A stretch of DNA of 64,000 bases, taken from the NCBI GenBank assembly GCA_001938485.1, contig MQRK01173881.1, forward strand, positions 1 through 64,000. The letters are read 5' to 3'. Under the pieces are notes generated by a model. The model made no database searches and was not told the origin of the DNA. It worked only from the letters and a program-made list of their open reading frames with translations. The position numbers and the translations under genes were made by a program. Source of the stretch: Girardia tigrina (taxonomy: Eukaryota). Shown here piece by piece: positions 26,141 to 40,097 of this stretch (positions are counted from its first letter, which is position 1; each line of letters begins with the position of its first letter).

Positions 26141-27857
26141 TTGCAGATTTCGGAAATGAGTAGCATAAATGCAACAAAATATTCCTTTGAAGTTAAATAA
26201 TTATAGGTCGCTTAAAATAAATAAATATGTTACAAAAAAGTTAAGTGGTACAAAAACCTGTGGTAGACGCTGTACCCCACTTCATCTATCCGTGTTATAT
26301 TTTTATTTTAGTCTTCGAAAGGTTTATTACAACATTATTTTATAATAATTATTAAAATTTATATCATTAAATTAATTTACATTTTACAAATGCAAACAAT
26401 CTCTTGAATAGAACAAACAAAATCAATTGAAATAAAGGATTTATTTATTTAATAAATAAACAAATCAGTATTAAAGAAATAATTTTTATAAAAATTATTC
26501 ATACGTAACAACAAAATAAATATATCATTTTTATTAATTTCATGTTTATATGTATATTATTTCTTATTTATATTTTATTCTAATTTTTTTATATTTACTG
26601 TTCTATTTTCTTTATTTTCAATGACATTTTAGTCATATTAAATCAAAATTAATATTCATTCATTCATTCTTTTATATTTGTACTAAACGCATGTTTAAAA
26701 TTTGAAATTAATTAAATAATATTTGTATTTATTCACGGCATTGTTTTTCTTATTTTCTATTATTTTTCTCTTAATAATTTTCCTATAATTTCTTAATAAT
26801 AATAATTTTCTATAATTTTAAGCGGATCACGGAATTTACCATGATCCGTTGATGACACAGTATAAAACGGCAAATTACATAACTTGCTTATTAAATGTTA
26901 ATAATAACTATGGTTTGGCACAGGCCATATTTTAACAGTTTTTTACTGGGTACCCACTTTCTGACAATGTCGTGAAAATGAAACCTATTTTTCTGAAATG
27001 CATCTTTTTCAAACCATACGGGAAATAACTTTTATTATTGATACCTTTCAATGAATAACTCTGGTTGACCTCTGTACACCTGCACAATCACAACTTGATC
27101 TATAGAAATGGGACTGTGATTAACATCAGAATTATGAGTTCATGAATCAGTCTATTTGCCGTGCTGCAAAGAGTAAGATTCAAAATGGGGAGCGAGCGAT
27201 AAAGAAGAATAAATTTTATCTCTAAAGTTTATTTATCAGATAAACCAGTTACATCTGGAAGGAGGAGGAAGATAGAGCTACACCACGGAATATTCTAGCT
27301 GGGTGCCCACTTCATCTATTAATAAATGACTGGACACCCAAATGGGCGCCCAGTTACTATCTTAAAACGTTGCCAGGTTTGGCGAATATTCTTTAACCGA
27401 GCGGCGCCCACACAATTACTTGCGTTCTGTAATGAAAGACGATTGGTTATCTTAACAATCGAATTCTTCGAAGAAACCAATTTTGATATTTTTGACGAAT
27501 TTGCATGTATCTTAACAGAAAAGATTAAATTTAAAATAAAGTAATATGGTTTTATTTATTATAATTTATGTTTGAAATGAAATAAAATATAATTTTAATA
27601 CTTTTGTATCTATCAATAATACTTTTAATACTCTTGTATCCTTCATCTTGTTACATGGATAAGCACAATTTTTAATGTTTACCATAGGGGAAATAAACTC
27701 TAGCTAATAATTCTCTGATAATAAGTAATGATTTTTGAAAAATAATTTCCATTATTACTTCTTCATCATTATTAATACATTTCTAAAACGGTATTCCTTA
27801 TCTTCTGTATTTTATACATCATATATCTTTTGAGTAACCATTTATTATTTAACAATT

Positions 27858-27895
27858 AACGACATGTTTCGTTCTTAGCAGAACATCATCAGGTA
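27858..27895 (-). ncRNA. Minimal type I hammerhead ribozyme (Penelope-like), intact core
   Basis: Minus strand: AC CUGAUGA U GUUCU-GCUA-AGAAC GAAA CAUG UC GU. Perfect stem II, palindromic stem III, GUC cleavage triplet, short stem I. Confidence 0.85.
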
Positions 27896-28424
27896 GATCG
27901 TCTCTTAATAGAACATTCATAATTAATTAAACATTCAAAACTAAAACCAAAGGAAAGTCTGTATTAAAACAGAATATTTATCAGAATCATGATTAGATAC
28001 AAATAACTTAAAACACTAAAAATATTTATTTCAAATACTAATATCTTAATTTATTTTAATTATTATTATTTTTTAAAATATCTATTTTTTAATACATTTA
28101 ATAATTTAATAATAACACTTAATAATAACATTTTTAATAATTTAATAACTAATAGATATAATAAAAAATTAAATACTATTTTAATACCAAAATTTTATTT
28201 TTTTTAAATATAAAGTGAAATATAAAATTTAAAATTAAAATTTTATTTTAATAAATAAAAAATAAAAAGTAAAGCCGTTTCAAATCTTAAAATCTTTAAT
28301 TAATTTTTTTAAACATTTTTCCATTATTATCCAATAATAATAATATCTTAAATATATAAAATGAATAAATTTTTGTATCCTTTTAAATAACCTTACACAA
28401 TAGAAACATTAAAATAGTAAAAAA

Positions 28425-28462
28425 ATAGCTGATGATGGAGAATATTCCGAAAGATGTACTGT
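28425..28462 (+). ncRNA. Minimal hammerhead ribozyme with one stem III mismatch
   Basis: AUAG CUGAUGA U GGAG-AAUA-UUCC GAAA GAUG UA CUGU. Stems I and II pair; GAUG replaces the palindromic CAUG. Confidence 0.75.
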
Positions 28463-28989
28463 AATCGATTTATTATAAAAGATTTAGCAAAATTATTTTT
28501 AACAATATTAAATTAGCATTCACAAGACTCAGTATATAATTTTAAATTTTCTATTTAATCTTTTATTATTTTTCTTTGAATATTTTCTTCCTAATTTTAT
28601 TGTAATAAATTTTCGTTTAACAAATCTTCAAAATCGTGTTAGATTAATTTGTTGGAGATTTTGTATGGAAACTTATCTAAATTTAAAGTTAAATAATAGT
28701 AAAAACAAAAGTCCCTTAAACTTGGGTTTCCATAAGTCTGGATTTTCCCGTGCATGTCCGGGTTTTAATTCTCCCCCGGGTGGGATTTTAAACATTGTTT
28801 GGGTTTTTAAAAATTTTCATTTAATTAATAATTATTATTCGAGAATTTTAATTTTAAATATTTTAAATTCAAATTCTATAATTTGACAATTTAGAAAAAT
28901 TTCTATCAGCTTAACCTGTTGTCATCCCAAAATATACACCTTTTTAACATGTATTGTAGGAAAATATCTCATATTTAATCTAACGCATA

Positions 28990-29380
28990 GGAATCAACGA
29001 ATCTATAAAGGTATATGGCCTGAGGCTTATAGGAGACCTGGGACGTTGATGATGCTCAAAAGGCAATCTCCCTATTTACATGCTTCTGCTCCGTCGGCTA
29101 ACCGACTTCATCGCAATACCGCTGATCAAGATTGATTCATCAATAATCCTTGCATGCTATCCTACCATCGACTGCGAGGTCAATACTCCCCACAACCTTC
29201 ACACCAAGATTTGGATTGCAAGCCCAATGGCACTACAATGATCTGTCAGCATAGATATCGTCTAGCTTATCAGATACTTTAGCCTAGAGACGGAGTCGAA
29301 CCCATTCTAGTTTCACAGGGACACTACGTGGAAGTATATCTGCCTGTCTTGTACAAATGATCCCTCACATACCGGTTTTA
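28990..29380 (-). mobile_element. Probable tRNA-derived SINE
   Basis: GC-elevated ~400-bp island with B box GGGTTCGACTCC near its minus-strand 5' end (~29303-29292). No ORF. Confidence 0.45.
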
Positions 29381-30940
29381 AGCTTCTGATCATCCTACTT
29401 AAATTAACTTTCTTGAACCATTGATGTCTTTCAATATTTGTAATTGCATATATCTTTTAGTAATGAATAGTGGAAATTAGTTGAATTTCTGTTAAAAACA
29501 TTTCTTAGTTTATTTTATAAATAAAAGTGAAACCAATTTCTTGAAACGAATCATTTATTTTATTAAAATAGTTCAGTCCAAACCTCAATATGTGTAAATG
29601 AAAGATGTGTATAAATGCAGTCATTGAAGAGATATAATGCTCTTCAAGAATAGTCAATTGCATAGCTGAAGGTTAGTCATTGATCAAACATTAATTTTTA
29701 AAATATCTATCAATTACAATTTAATTTAATAAATTAAATTACAATATATAAATTCCAATTACCTTTTGATTAAGAACGTCTTAAAATATATATTAATTAT
29801 GATGTTTATGATAATCTACTATTTTTATGATCTCATATTCCGATCACTGAACCAGTATCACTAACCATACATACGACTCTTCTAATCATACTTATCCCTT
29901 GTCATTTACTTATACATCTCATTATTGTTTACAACTAAAAGATCTACTCGATTATTGATTTACTATTATCGAGATCATAATTATCTAGGTTCGCCTTACC
30001 ATCATATAATTGCATTACATTTATCAATCAAAATTTTATAAAAATTTAATAAATTAACCCATCATTTATTTACGAACAAAAATAAATTAAATTACAATAT
30101 ATAAATACCAGATACCATACTTTTAATCAAGAGTAGCCGAATATATATTAATTTTGTTATTTGTATAGTACAGGGGTTATCAACCTTTTTGTGACCATGA
30201 TTCATTTTAAAAGTTTGTATTTACATTATAATATAAATTTTTAATTTCTTTAATAAATTTATTTACAAATTGAATGTTTATACTATAAAAATAATTGTTA
30301 ATACAAAATATTTCATTAATTAATCTAAATAAAAACAGAATGATTAATATATTTAAATTAAATAGTAAAATAGAAGAAGTATATCAATCTTGTGATAAGG
30401 CTAGAAAAAATAAGAATGTTTCAACAAACAGATCAAGAGGTTGTCCAAGCCGAAGATGGCAAAGGAACTTGCTTTGTTAACGAATTTTGAATATTCTACG
30501 ATAGCAAAGGCGATTCGAAATATTGAAAGTTCTCCATCATGGATTCGACTTCATGGATTCCTTAAAAAAACTAAAAGGAAAATAAACAATAAATCGGATT
30601 TTCATTCCGAAATCATAGAGATTTTTGAAACAATATTTCTGTAACTCAGCTAAATGTACAAGAAATAATACTGTTTTAGATAAAAGACAATTTGTTATCG
30701 ACAATTTGAAACAAATACTTCATTATGTAATTTTGGGGGGACATTGCACCAACCATTAGGTACACGGGGGAAGGATGTATAAGGATAAAAATTAAAATCA
30801 AATAGTAAAAATATTAAACAAATACGCATCATCAATATTTAATTCTGTTTTCTTTAATGTATTCAATGTAAAAGAAACGTGATTTTCATTTACTACTCAA
30901 TGAATGAAGTTTTGTCTTGTCTTATTTTTTACATATCTTT

Positions 30941-30977
30941 TCTATCGGTTTCGTGACATCCTTCACGTCCTTCTAAA
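30941..30977 (-). ncRNA. Degenerate hammerhead remnant
   Basis: Stem II GUGA/UCAC followed by GAAACCGAUA, but the CUGANGA box is corrupted. Confidence 0.35.
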
Positions 30978-33188
30978 TAAACGAATAACTGAAATGACAG
31001 ACTTCAAGCCTTTACTAATCAATCGAAAATTTGTAAATTAAATCTCTTATAAAACTAGAGGTTTGATTTGAAATAAATAATTTTTTGTATAAGTCCATCA
31101 AAGTGATATTAAAGTTTAAAAGGATTAAACGAAGATAAAGAATTATAAAAGTTGAGTTTTGAAGCTAAAGTTCCAAATGAGGTATGATATTTGGATCTTT
31201 ATTTACTGAATATCAAATGTCTTGAACATTATTAAACAAGGACTACACCAATTTAAAATTAAGGTGTGAAGAAACTCCTTCATTAGTTATATATTATGAT
31301 TATTTATTTTTGATTTTTTTTAAATTATAGAATATTAAGACGTTTTTTAACAAAAAATAACTCTAAAATTATAATTTAGCTATGTAGTTTTTATCCATCT
31401 AAAAATAGTTTCATATGTGGAAAAAATTATCTTATGCTCAAACGTTTTTATCAGATTTCTCGAAAAACTGATATTTCATGTGGAATAATAGGAATACCTT
31501 TTACTAAAGTTATCCATAGGGCGTTTTGAACGTTAATTTTAGTATCCATAGATCATATATAACGCCTAATTGTCAGAAATTCTTAAATTGAGTGCACAAA
31601 ATTTTAAATGATTTATTGATGAGTCATCAATGATGACATATTGATTGCATAATCATTTCCGATAGTATATAAGTAACTTTAATTTTTTAAAAATCAGCTA
31701 GGATGCGGCTCGGAGTCCACCCGTAACATTTTTTCCGTCCGTGTGGGCACTGTCCTTACTAAATATCTGACTAAGTATGTAGTTTTAAAATTCTAATTAA
31801 ATTAATAATTGATTTTTATCTATTATATTTTTTACCATTTATTTTTAATCAAACTTTTTAAAATGTCGTTAACAATAATATAATTAACACCATAATATAA
31901 TAAACATTTAATGTAAATAAATATCACAATAAAATAAATATTTTTAAAGATGATGATACTGATGAAAATTTTGTCGAAATGAAGATGCATCTTTATGTGA
32001 TAAATAAAAATTTGTCTTTTTTTATTTCTTTATTTATTTTTCTTAATGTATTAATATAATATATAACATGTAATATATATAATATATTAGATATTATATC
32101 TTATATAATATTTAATGAAATCCAAGCCCATGCCCATACGGGCCGCACCATAGAAAATCAGTTATTTTGAAAATGACGGTCAAACCTTTAAATTTAATAA
32201 ACACTATAATAAATTTTGATTAGCCTACCAATTTTAATTTAAATAATTTGCCAATTGGTTTTAAATTTATTTGCAATTATTATAATTAGTTCCCTATTAA
32301 ATGTAAAAGTCAAATTTCTCTTAATAAAATTAAATCATTACAAAATTGTTCTTCATAAAAATCGAGATTCAGACTTAGAGACAGAAGATAAAATCTTTAC
32401 CGATATTACAAATTTATCATTTTAGTAAAACTTTAATCAAACAAAATAAAACTTCATAAATGTTCACATGTTATAATACAAGTTAAATCATTATTATTTT
32501 TCGAAAAATAAAAATGTTCTATTCTTCTTTAAACCTTCTTCAGCTTGATTTTTGACGACCCTTAAGAATGACCTTAAATAGCTAATGTCTTATTTTAAAA
32601 ATATTCATATTCGAATATAATAATAAAATATTTGGAAATTTTTTCCTATTAAATTTTGATATTTGCTTTCAGTTTTTTTAAGCAAAATGCCTTTATTGTA
32701 AATTATTTCCTTATTTCGTATAGATATCATTACAACAAATTCAAGTTACTAAAACAAAAGTTAATGTACACATTTCCAATTTCTTAAGTTTTAAAGAATT
32801 TTCGATTAAATTGCGCCTAAAGAGAAGGACTGTCTGACAGTACCAACAATGAAATAGTTGTAGAACAATGGTCTGTTCACCTGTGACCGTTGGTGAGTAT
32901 TTTATTCAGTCGGTTAGACCTTTATGCGTGGTTGAGGGGTTCCACTTGACTGGACATCACTGAGAAGGCATAAGTGCATAAATATGTCATACATTGCGGG
33001 CACCAACTTTTCTTCAAAAACTTTATTTACCAAATTATTACCTGAATTAAAATAATTTTTATCAGCAGTTTCTATTCTAATTTATTATCACATATTTCCA
33101 CTATTACTATGGTTTAAAAGATAAATTTCCGACGATAAGCGGGTTAAAGATATGGTGATTACACTCACATTCACTTTAGTTTCAGGCT

Positions 33189-33503
33189 TATGAGACATGT
33201 TTCGAATTGTTTGTTGTTTTATATTGTGCATGTTGTTCGGATTGTGCCTCTGCTACCCAGATGGCTGATTGGTATCTTTGATTCCTACTAATTAAAAATA
33301 ATTTAATTTTAAATAATTAGAATTTTTATAATTAATAATTATTAATAAATATTTTTCATTTATTGTAAAATTAATATGAATTTAGAAATTATATTAATCA
33401 AGAAAAATGTCGAATAGTGAAAGTGATTTGAATAATTGTTGTAATGACAATTTTGTTTGTGATGTTAATCAATGTTTAAAAAACCATATTGATGTTGTTA
33501 ATA
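33189..33503 (+). mobile_element. Solo LTR family A (internally shortened)
   Basis: TATGAG...GTTGTTAATA with TSD AGGCT/AGTCT. Confidence 0.85.
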
Positions 33504-33652
33504 AGTCTGATATTATACAAGTCTCTAAAAGTGTGTTATCCAAAATTATATAAATTAATCTCTTAAAAGTGTGAATAACGACAAAATCCATTTGAAAATT
33601 GAAAAACCAAACTCGTCAAAAATACCTTTATGATACATATCGAGTTCATTAC

Positions 33653-34093
33653 TGTGAGAAATATTTTGAATGTTTGAAGTTTTGTGTTTGAATTTGTATG
33701 TTGATTTGGAAATGTGTCTCTCCTACCCAGATGGATGATTAATATTTGAATTCTTATTATCTAAAAATTTGTAATGTTTAAATTTATTTTTAATTGAAAA
33801 TAATTGGAAAATTTTAAATAAGTTAATTAGTTTTTTTACAATTTTTAATAAATAAATCAAATTAATATTTTTTAAATAATTAATAATCATTTTAATTTTT
33901 ATCCAATAAGTTTTGTGTAAAAATTTTAATAAATTATTTATTTCTCTATTTGCTAAAAAATAATAAGAATTAATTCATTAATCAATTTAGTTTACAATGC
34001 ACTCGTACGAAAGATTTGACAAAGATTGTCTTAAGGACAATCAAAATTGTTGTGTAAATAAAAATTTGACAAGTCAAATTGGTGTTCTTAATA
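33653..34093 (+). mobile_element. Solo LTR family A
   Basis: TGTGAG...GTTCTTAATA with perfect TSD ATTAC. Confidence 0.95.
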
Positions 34094-35789
34094 ATTACTG
34101 CTTATAATTAAGGTTTTTTTATAAAATAGTGTATATCTGACACGATTAATTAATGACGAAAAAAAGTGTCCCTTGATATATAAATAAATTACGATATAAT
34201 CATTTACTTTGAAGTATTCATTAAAATAATTATTCTTACCAAACGTTTATTTGAACGTGCATACTCATTTTAAGCAAACAAAAATACTTAGAACGTAATA
34301 ACTTTGTACAATTAACAGTATTAAAAATAGCTTTTAAGTAAATAGAAATTCGTCTAATTAAAATGGTAATTTCCGAGATTTAATTTAATTGTTAAGGGTC
34401 GCATGTGAGCTGCAATTCTTGCATTGCTACTTCGATTTTGAGTTAGAGATATTCAGTTTATTTTATTAATTATTATAATGATTTTTATATTTATTATTAT
34501 TATCATATATTTGACGAAAAATTAGTATTTTCTTGTCGATGCAAGTGTTTACTTAGTCTTTTGTGACTATTTATTTTAGATAACTCTTCTTTTTTAATGA
34601 TGCATTTACTGTGTTAAGTTTAACGTCTCTTAAAACTTTTAATTTTAAAATCAATAAATTTTAAGATTTATTATTTTTTAATTTTCATATTTCAAAGAAC
34701 CATATAGTAATAATAATATAATTTTCCTAATGTTTTATCGTACTTTTGATGTTAAAAATTACTATAGACCTATAACGTATACGAAGAGTACATGTACAAT
34801 ACATCCTTTTTTATAAAATTCATTTTTACATATAAATATAATTGTTGCAAAATCTCTTAAATAGAAAAAAAATTGTAAGAAAATAAACACAATGTAAACG
34901 TATAGTTTAAATAATGTCTCAAATAATGAATACAATTAATTAGAAAATTAATTAATTTTTTTCAAGTTTATTATTTAATATTTCCAATCATTGTCTTCTT
35001 TAATTATTTAATTAATTTGAAATAAAATATTTATTTTATAATTTAGTAAATTTCTATTTTTTTTCAATACTGACTTAAGATTCATTGTAATGTATATTGT
35101 TTTGAAAAAGATTTTTTAATTTTAATAAATATTAAATTATTATGTAAAATAAAAATAATATTCGAGCAAAATGTGATTACGAGTCTTACGATTTCATTCA
35201 GCTATATTTGAAGTTTATATAAATTGAGAGCGTGTCCTGATAATGGGTTCTTGTAACTGTAAAAATTATACTCCGTTGCTCGGGCTTCGATAATTAACTG
35301 ACAAATATTGGCACTTCCCCTGTTACTGTACTCACATGGGTAGTTTCTTGTTATTTGACAACTGTAAAGCAATATTCAACATTCTAGAAAATAACTTCGT
35401 AATAACATACCTTTCGCCCCGTCAACGTTTATAACGTTCCGATTTAATATAGACTTTCACTTTTACTTAATAGATAAATAATGTCTTCTCGAACTTGAAA
35501 TATATTGGTTTGCAAAGGAAAAATAATAAATTAAGACAGGTTGTAAGGGAACATTGATCATAATAACTATAGTAGAAAATACTCCAGATAAAACTAACTT
35601 ATGCACTATATCCTCTTCTAGAAAAATAATAATACAATATAAAAATAGATATTATTTAAAAGAAGTTATATTAATTACAACAGTTCGAACGGAAGAAATC
35701 AAAAGTGGTACCTATTTGACACAATAAAAGGAAAAGTGAGTTCGAGAATCAACTTAATATTGTAGTTACTTTAAGAGTGAAATTTGCTA

Positions 35790-36270
35790 TTTTTGGATAA
35801 TTAGATTTTGGAATAGAGCTGGTTTAATGAAGGTATTGATTTATATAGGAACTCATTATATTAGTATATTTCGGATTTGGTGTTGGATTGCAGAATGATC
35901 CAGAGTAATGACGGCAGAAAAGTTCGTGATGAATAGATGATCAACAACAATTGTTTTTTTTCTTTGTGATTGAGACTGTTGAATGAACAAATATTTGATG
36001 TTGATGGATTGAAAGGATTATGTGATGATGACTCTGAAATATGCTTCTAGATTGATAAAATGTTCATCGACCCAACGACTATATTTTTGTCAGATGAAGA
36101 AAGATGTTTGATATGATATTGTTGATATTGTTGAGCCAATATACGTAATATTCAATTACCCCAGTTTGTATTTGTGAAATCTCTTTCTTTTCTCTCTATG
36201 TTCTTATAAATCCTCGAAAAACAAAAGTATTTGATAAATATTGGTCTTCAGTTGTGTAAAGTTCTTTATT
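35790..36270 (-). pseudogene. Possible Penelope GIY-YIG endonuclease remnant
   Basis: YIGST motif and a C-terminal EFLYKSIPSLN resembling E.L.I....P.LN. Heavily decayed. Confidence 0.3.
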
Positions 36271-36275
36271 ATTCT

Positions 36276-37360
36276 TGTTAAGAACACTGATACAATTATT
36301 ATTAGAACATTTATTTTTATCACATTTAGAGTCATTACAACTGTCGGAAGATCTTTCACATTTTGAATCTTTCTAATTAATTTTATTTTTGACTTTATAA
36401 TAATAATTATTTGTTCAATTCTTCTAAATCTTTCTAAAATATTTAATATATTTTAATTTCCAAAAATATTTAATAAAATTAATAATTTTAACCATTTCAT
36501 TATAAGAACTATAAAGAAACCTATTTCATTATATTGTAAAGGAATTTAACCCTTTCAGTCACCTTGTATCATACGTGATACGCGCTTTCTTAGTGCTGAA
36601 GTATGGAAGTTAGAATAATTTGACACAAATGCTCACCGTGTATCATTTCTATAAAGCTTTGTGAATATTTTCATAGATGGTATGCATCATTGCATCCTCA
36701 CCATGTGACACAAATGACATTTGTGTGGAGACATGGTTGAGACAGTCGTCGAAGTAAATGTGCTTTCATGGTTTTTTGTAGATTTTTTTACCAAAAAAAG
36801 TGATTTTTCGTTTGAAATTTCGATCTTACTCAATAGAAATTGGACTGATCTTGAAAGTGCTTCACAGAATACCATAAGAAAAAAGCGTTTTATGTATAAA
36901 CTCGTTTTACTCCTTTCCACATTTCGGAGCATTTACAGTCTTTTGGTCACTATGTATCACATATGATACATCTCATATTTTTATTGGCGACTGGATACAA
37001 AAATTGTAAAACTATGTTATTGAAAAACACTTTACCAACTAAAAAAACATATTTCATATAAATATTCATAAGGAAAATAATTCATGACTCAAAGGGTTAA
37101 ATTTAAAGTTCATTATTTTACTTTATATCCTTATAAATACTTTTCTTTTTTAAAAATATTAAATTTGATTTTAATTGTTAATTTCGAAAATTTAAACTTG
37201 CCAGATTACTATAATTTTGTTATTTTAATTATATTCGAATAGTCAATCATTGTAAATGCAAAAAATACCAATTTCCATCTGGTTAGAGAATCAACATTCG
37301 AGGTTCAACATATTCAAAACAACAGACTGCATTCACATACAATTTAAAATGTTCCTCACA
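36276..37360 (-). mobile_element. Solo LTR family A (TG...CA) carrying a piggyBac MITE
   Basis: Perfect TSD ATTCT on both sides; minus-strand end GTTCTTAACA. Confidence 0.93.
36550..37096. mobile_element. Non-autonomous piggyBac element
   Basis: TTAA on both sides, TIRs CCCTTT(C/G)AGTCA, and subterminal palindromes TGTATCA..TGATACA near both ends. Confidence 0.92.
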
Positions 37361-38412
37361 ATTCTAATTTAGATATTAAATTTTGATATCGTTGTAAGGT
37401 CTCTGTTTCGTTATTTCTTTATTTCAAAACAATAAGATCGCAGAACATTATATGTCAAATTATTATAGTTACAATTTTAAACAAAATATAATTTTGAATT
37501 TATTTATTCGAAAACTTTTTTTATACTAACAAAATACTCTACTTTTTTCTCAAATAAAATTTATATTAACAAATCTTATGTTATAAGAAAATAATAAAAC
37601 ATTAATCTTTCCCTATATTATTTGTTTATAATACATTTTATTTGACAGGTAAACAATGTTGTGAGTAAATAACAAATATTATTAATAATAATAAACAATA
37701 ATTACTAGTATTTATTTTAAATGGTTCATTACAAACTTCTAAGGCGTTATCAAATATGATTGTTCTGGTACCTTTTGTCTTTCAATAATATTCAGGAAAA
37801 TATTATATAAAGTTATAAGGTATTCATTTATTTTTATGTTTTCATTTTTACTTAGAGTCTTATTGAAAGCTTTTGAGAAAATGGTCCAAAGAAAGCAATT
37901 TTGAGCTGATGTTATGTTATGCATTAAATTTTAGAACTTAATTATTCTGTTTTTTACAAAAAGATAAAAAATATTAAATATAATATTGACATAAGCCCAA
38001 GTGTGATAACGAAAATTACTCTTATAACTCAAATAAATTTGGTAAGTAGTAGTTAAGTACCTTTGGCAATTCCTTTATTTTTATATAATAAGTCTCTTAA
38101 TTTAATATAACTGAGTTTTGTCAGCAAATCTGAATTGTTTTTGTTACATATTTCTTTAATATTAGCATTTAGATTATCAAAGCAGAAGTACAGATTTATA
38201 TATGTACTGCTTCAATACGGTTCTAATCATCCAAGGGACATCAGAATTCAATAAAGATATAAGTTACCCTCTAAGAAAAAAGTTAATTAATATAAGATTA
38301 CAAAAACATCAATGCCTTTTGAATTATATTTGGTTAAGTTAATAACTCAATACTATAACATAATATTATATAGTTGTAAAGAGCACTGACACAATTGTTA
38401 TGAAAACATTTA

Positions 38413-39565
38413 TTAGGTGTACAAGTATGAAATGCGGATTTCAGAAAACAGATTGTGCACAATGCAAAAAGTAGGTCAATGGTTAGGCAATGATGTCATA
38501 ATATTGAGTAATTATGTAGTGTCTCANNNNNNNNNNNNNNNNNNNNNNNNNNNNNNNNNNNNNNNNNNNNNNNNNNNNNNNNNNNNNNNNNNNNNNNNNN
38601 NNNNNNNNNNNNNNNNNNNNNNNNNNNNNNNNNNNNNNNNNNNNNNNNNNNNNNNNNNNNNNNNNNNNNNNNNNNNNNNNNNNNNNNNNNNNNNNNNNNN
38701 NNNNNNNNNNNNNNNNNNNNNNNNNNNNNNNNNNNNNNNNNNNNNNNNNNNNNNNNNNNNNNNNNNNNNNNNNNNNNNNNNNNNNNNNNNNNNNNNNNNN
38801 NNNNNNNNNNNNNNNNNNNNNNNNNNNNNNNNNNNNNNNNNNNNNNNNNNNNNNNNNNNNNNNNNNNNNNNNNNNNNNNNNNNNNNNNNNNNNNNNNNNN
38901 NNNNNNNNNNNNNNNNNNNNNNNNNNNNNNNNNNNNNNNNNNNNNNNNNNNNNNNNNNNNNNNNNNNNNNNNNNNNNNNNNNNNNNNNNNNNNNNNNNNN
39001 NNNNNNNNNNNNNNNNNNNNNNNNNNNNNNNNNNNNNNNNNNNNNNNNNNNNNNNNNNNNNNNNNNNNNNNNNNNNNNNNNNNNNNNNNNNNNNNNNNNN
39101 NNNNNNNNNNNNNNNNNNNNNNNNNNNNNNNNNNNNNNNNNNNNNNNNNNNNNNNNNNNNNNNNNNNNNNNNNNNNNNNNNNNNNNNNNNNNNNNNNNNN
39201 NNNNNNNNNNNNNNNNNNNNNNNNNNNNNNNNNNNNNNNNNNNNNNNNNNNNNNNNNNNNNNNNNNNNNNNNNNNTATTCACCAGACTTGGCTCCTTCAG
39301 ATTACCATTTGTTTGCATCGATGGGTCACGCACTTGCTCAGCAGCGCTTTTATTCTTACGAAAATGTGCAAAAATGGGTCGATGAATGGTTCATAGAAAA
39401 AAAGGAAGACTTTTACTGGCGAGGTATCCACAATTTGAGATATAGATGGGACAAGTGTATCATTAGTAATGGAGCATATTTTGAATAAAGCTTTTTTTAT
39501 CGTTCTTTTGTTTTTAACGTATTTCTTTTCAAAATTTAATCCGCATTTCATACTTGTACACCTAA
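38413..39565 (+). mobile_element. mariner, Mos1-like (interior in assembly gap)
   Basis: Perfect TIRs TTAGGTGTACAAGTATGAAATGCGGATT, TA TSD, and C-terminus SPDLAPSDYHLFASMGHALA...GAYFE. Confidence 0.95.
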
Positions 39566-40097
39566 TATTAATATCACATTTAGAATCATCCAAACTCTCG
39601 AAAGATCTTTCCCAATTTAACGTCATTCTAATTGATTTTTATTTTTCTTTTTAAAAATGATTATTCAGACATTTTTTCTTTATCTTTAAAACATAATAAA
39701 TATTTTAGAATTTCAAAAAATTTTATTAAAATTTAAAAATTTTACGTTCTTTTATTCTTTAAACACTTTTACGTTATAACTTCAAATAAATTTCTATTTT
39801 AATTGATTTATGAAATATTTTATCAATTGTAAAAATGTCCTAAATTTAAATTTCATTACTTTAAAATTTTCAAGACACACTTTTCTATATTATAAAATTC
39901 TAAAAAGCATTTTTAATTATAGAAATATCGTTTAATTAAAATATTTTAAATTATAGTATTTAGGATATTTTAAATACTTTTCTTTTAATAGTAATATTAA
40001 AATTTATATTTATTATAAATTTAAAAATTTAAAACATTAGGTTTATTATTATTTTAAAAATATAAAATGTTATTTTAAAATTATAAAATTTTATTAT

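Noticed and set aside
29262-29275. TAGCTTATCAGA resembling miR-21
   Set aside because: Only 12 nt match, there is no hairpin precursor, and it lies in a probable SINE.
31955-31992. CTGATGA...CGAAA hammerhead-like spacing
   Set aside because: No stem II or stem III pairing.
33194-33204. GACATGTTTCG, the antisense 3' half of a hammerhead
   Set aside because: It is the mutated start of a family A LTR and has no CUGANGA partner.
38417-39385. Long ORFs of 322 aa and 269 aa
   Set aside because: Almost entirely N-gap translation.
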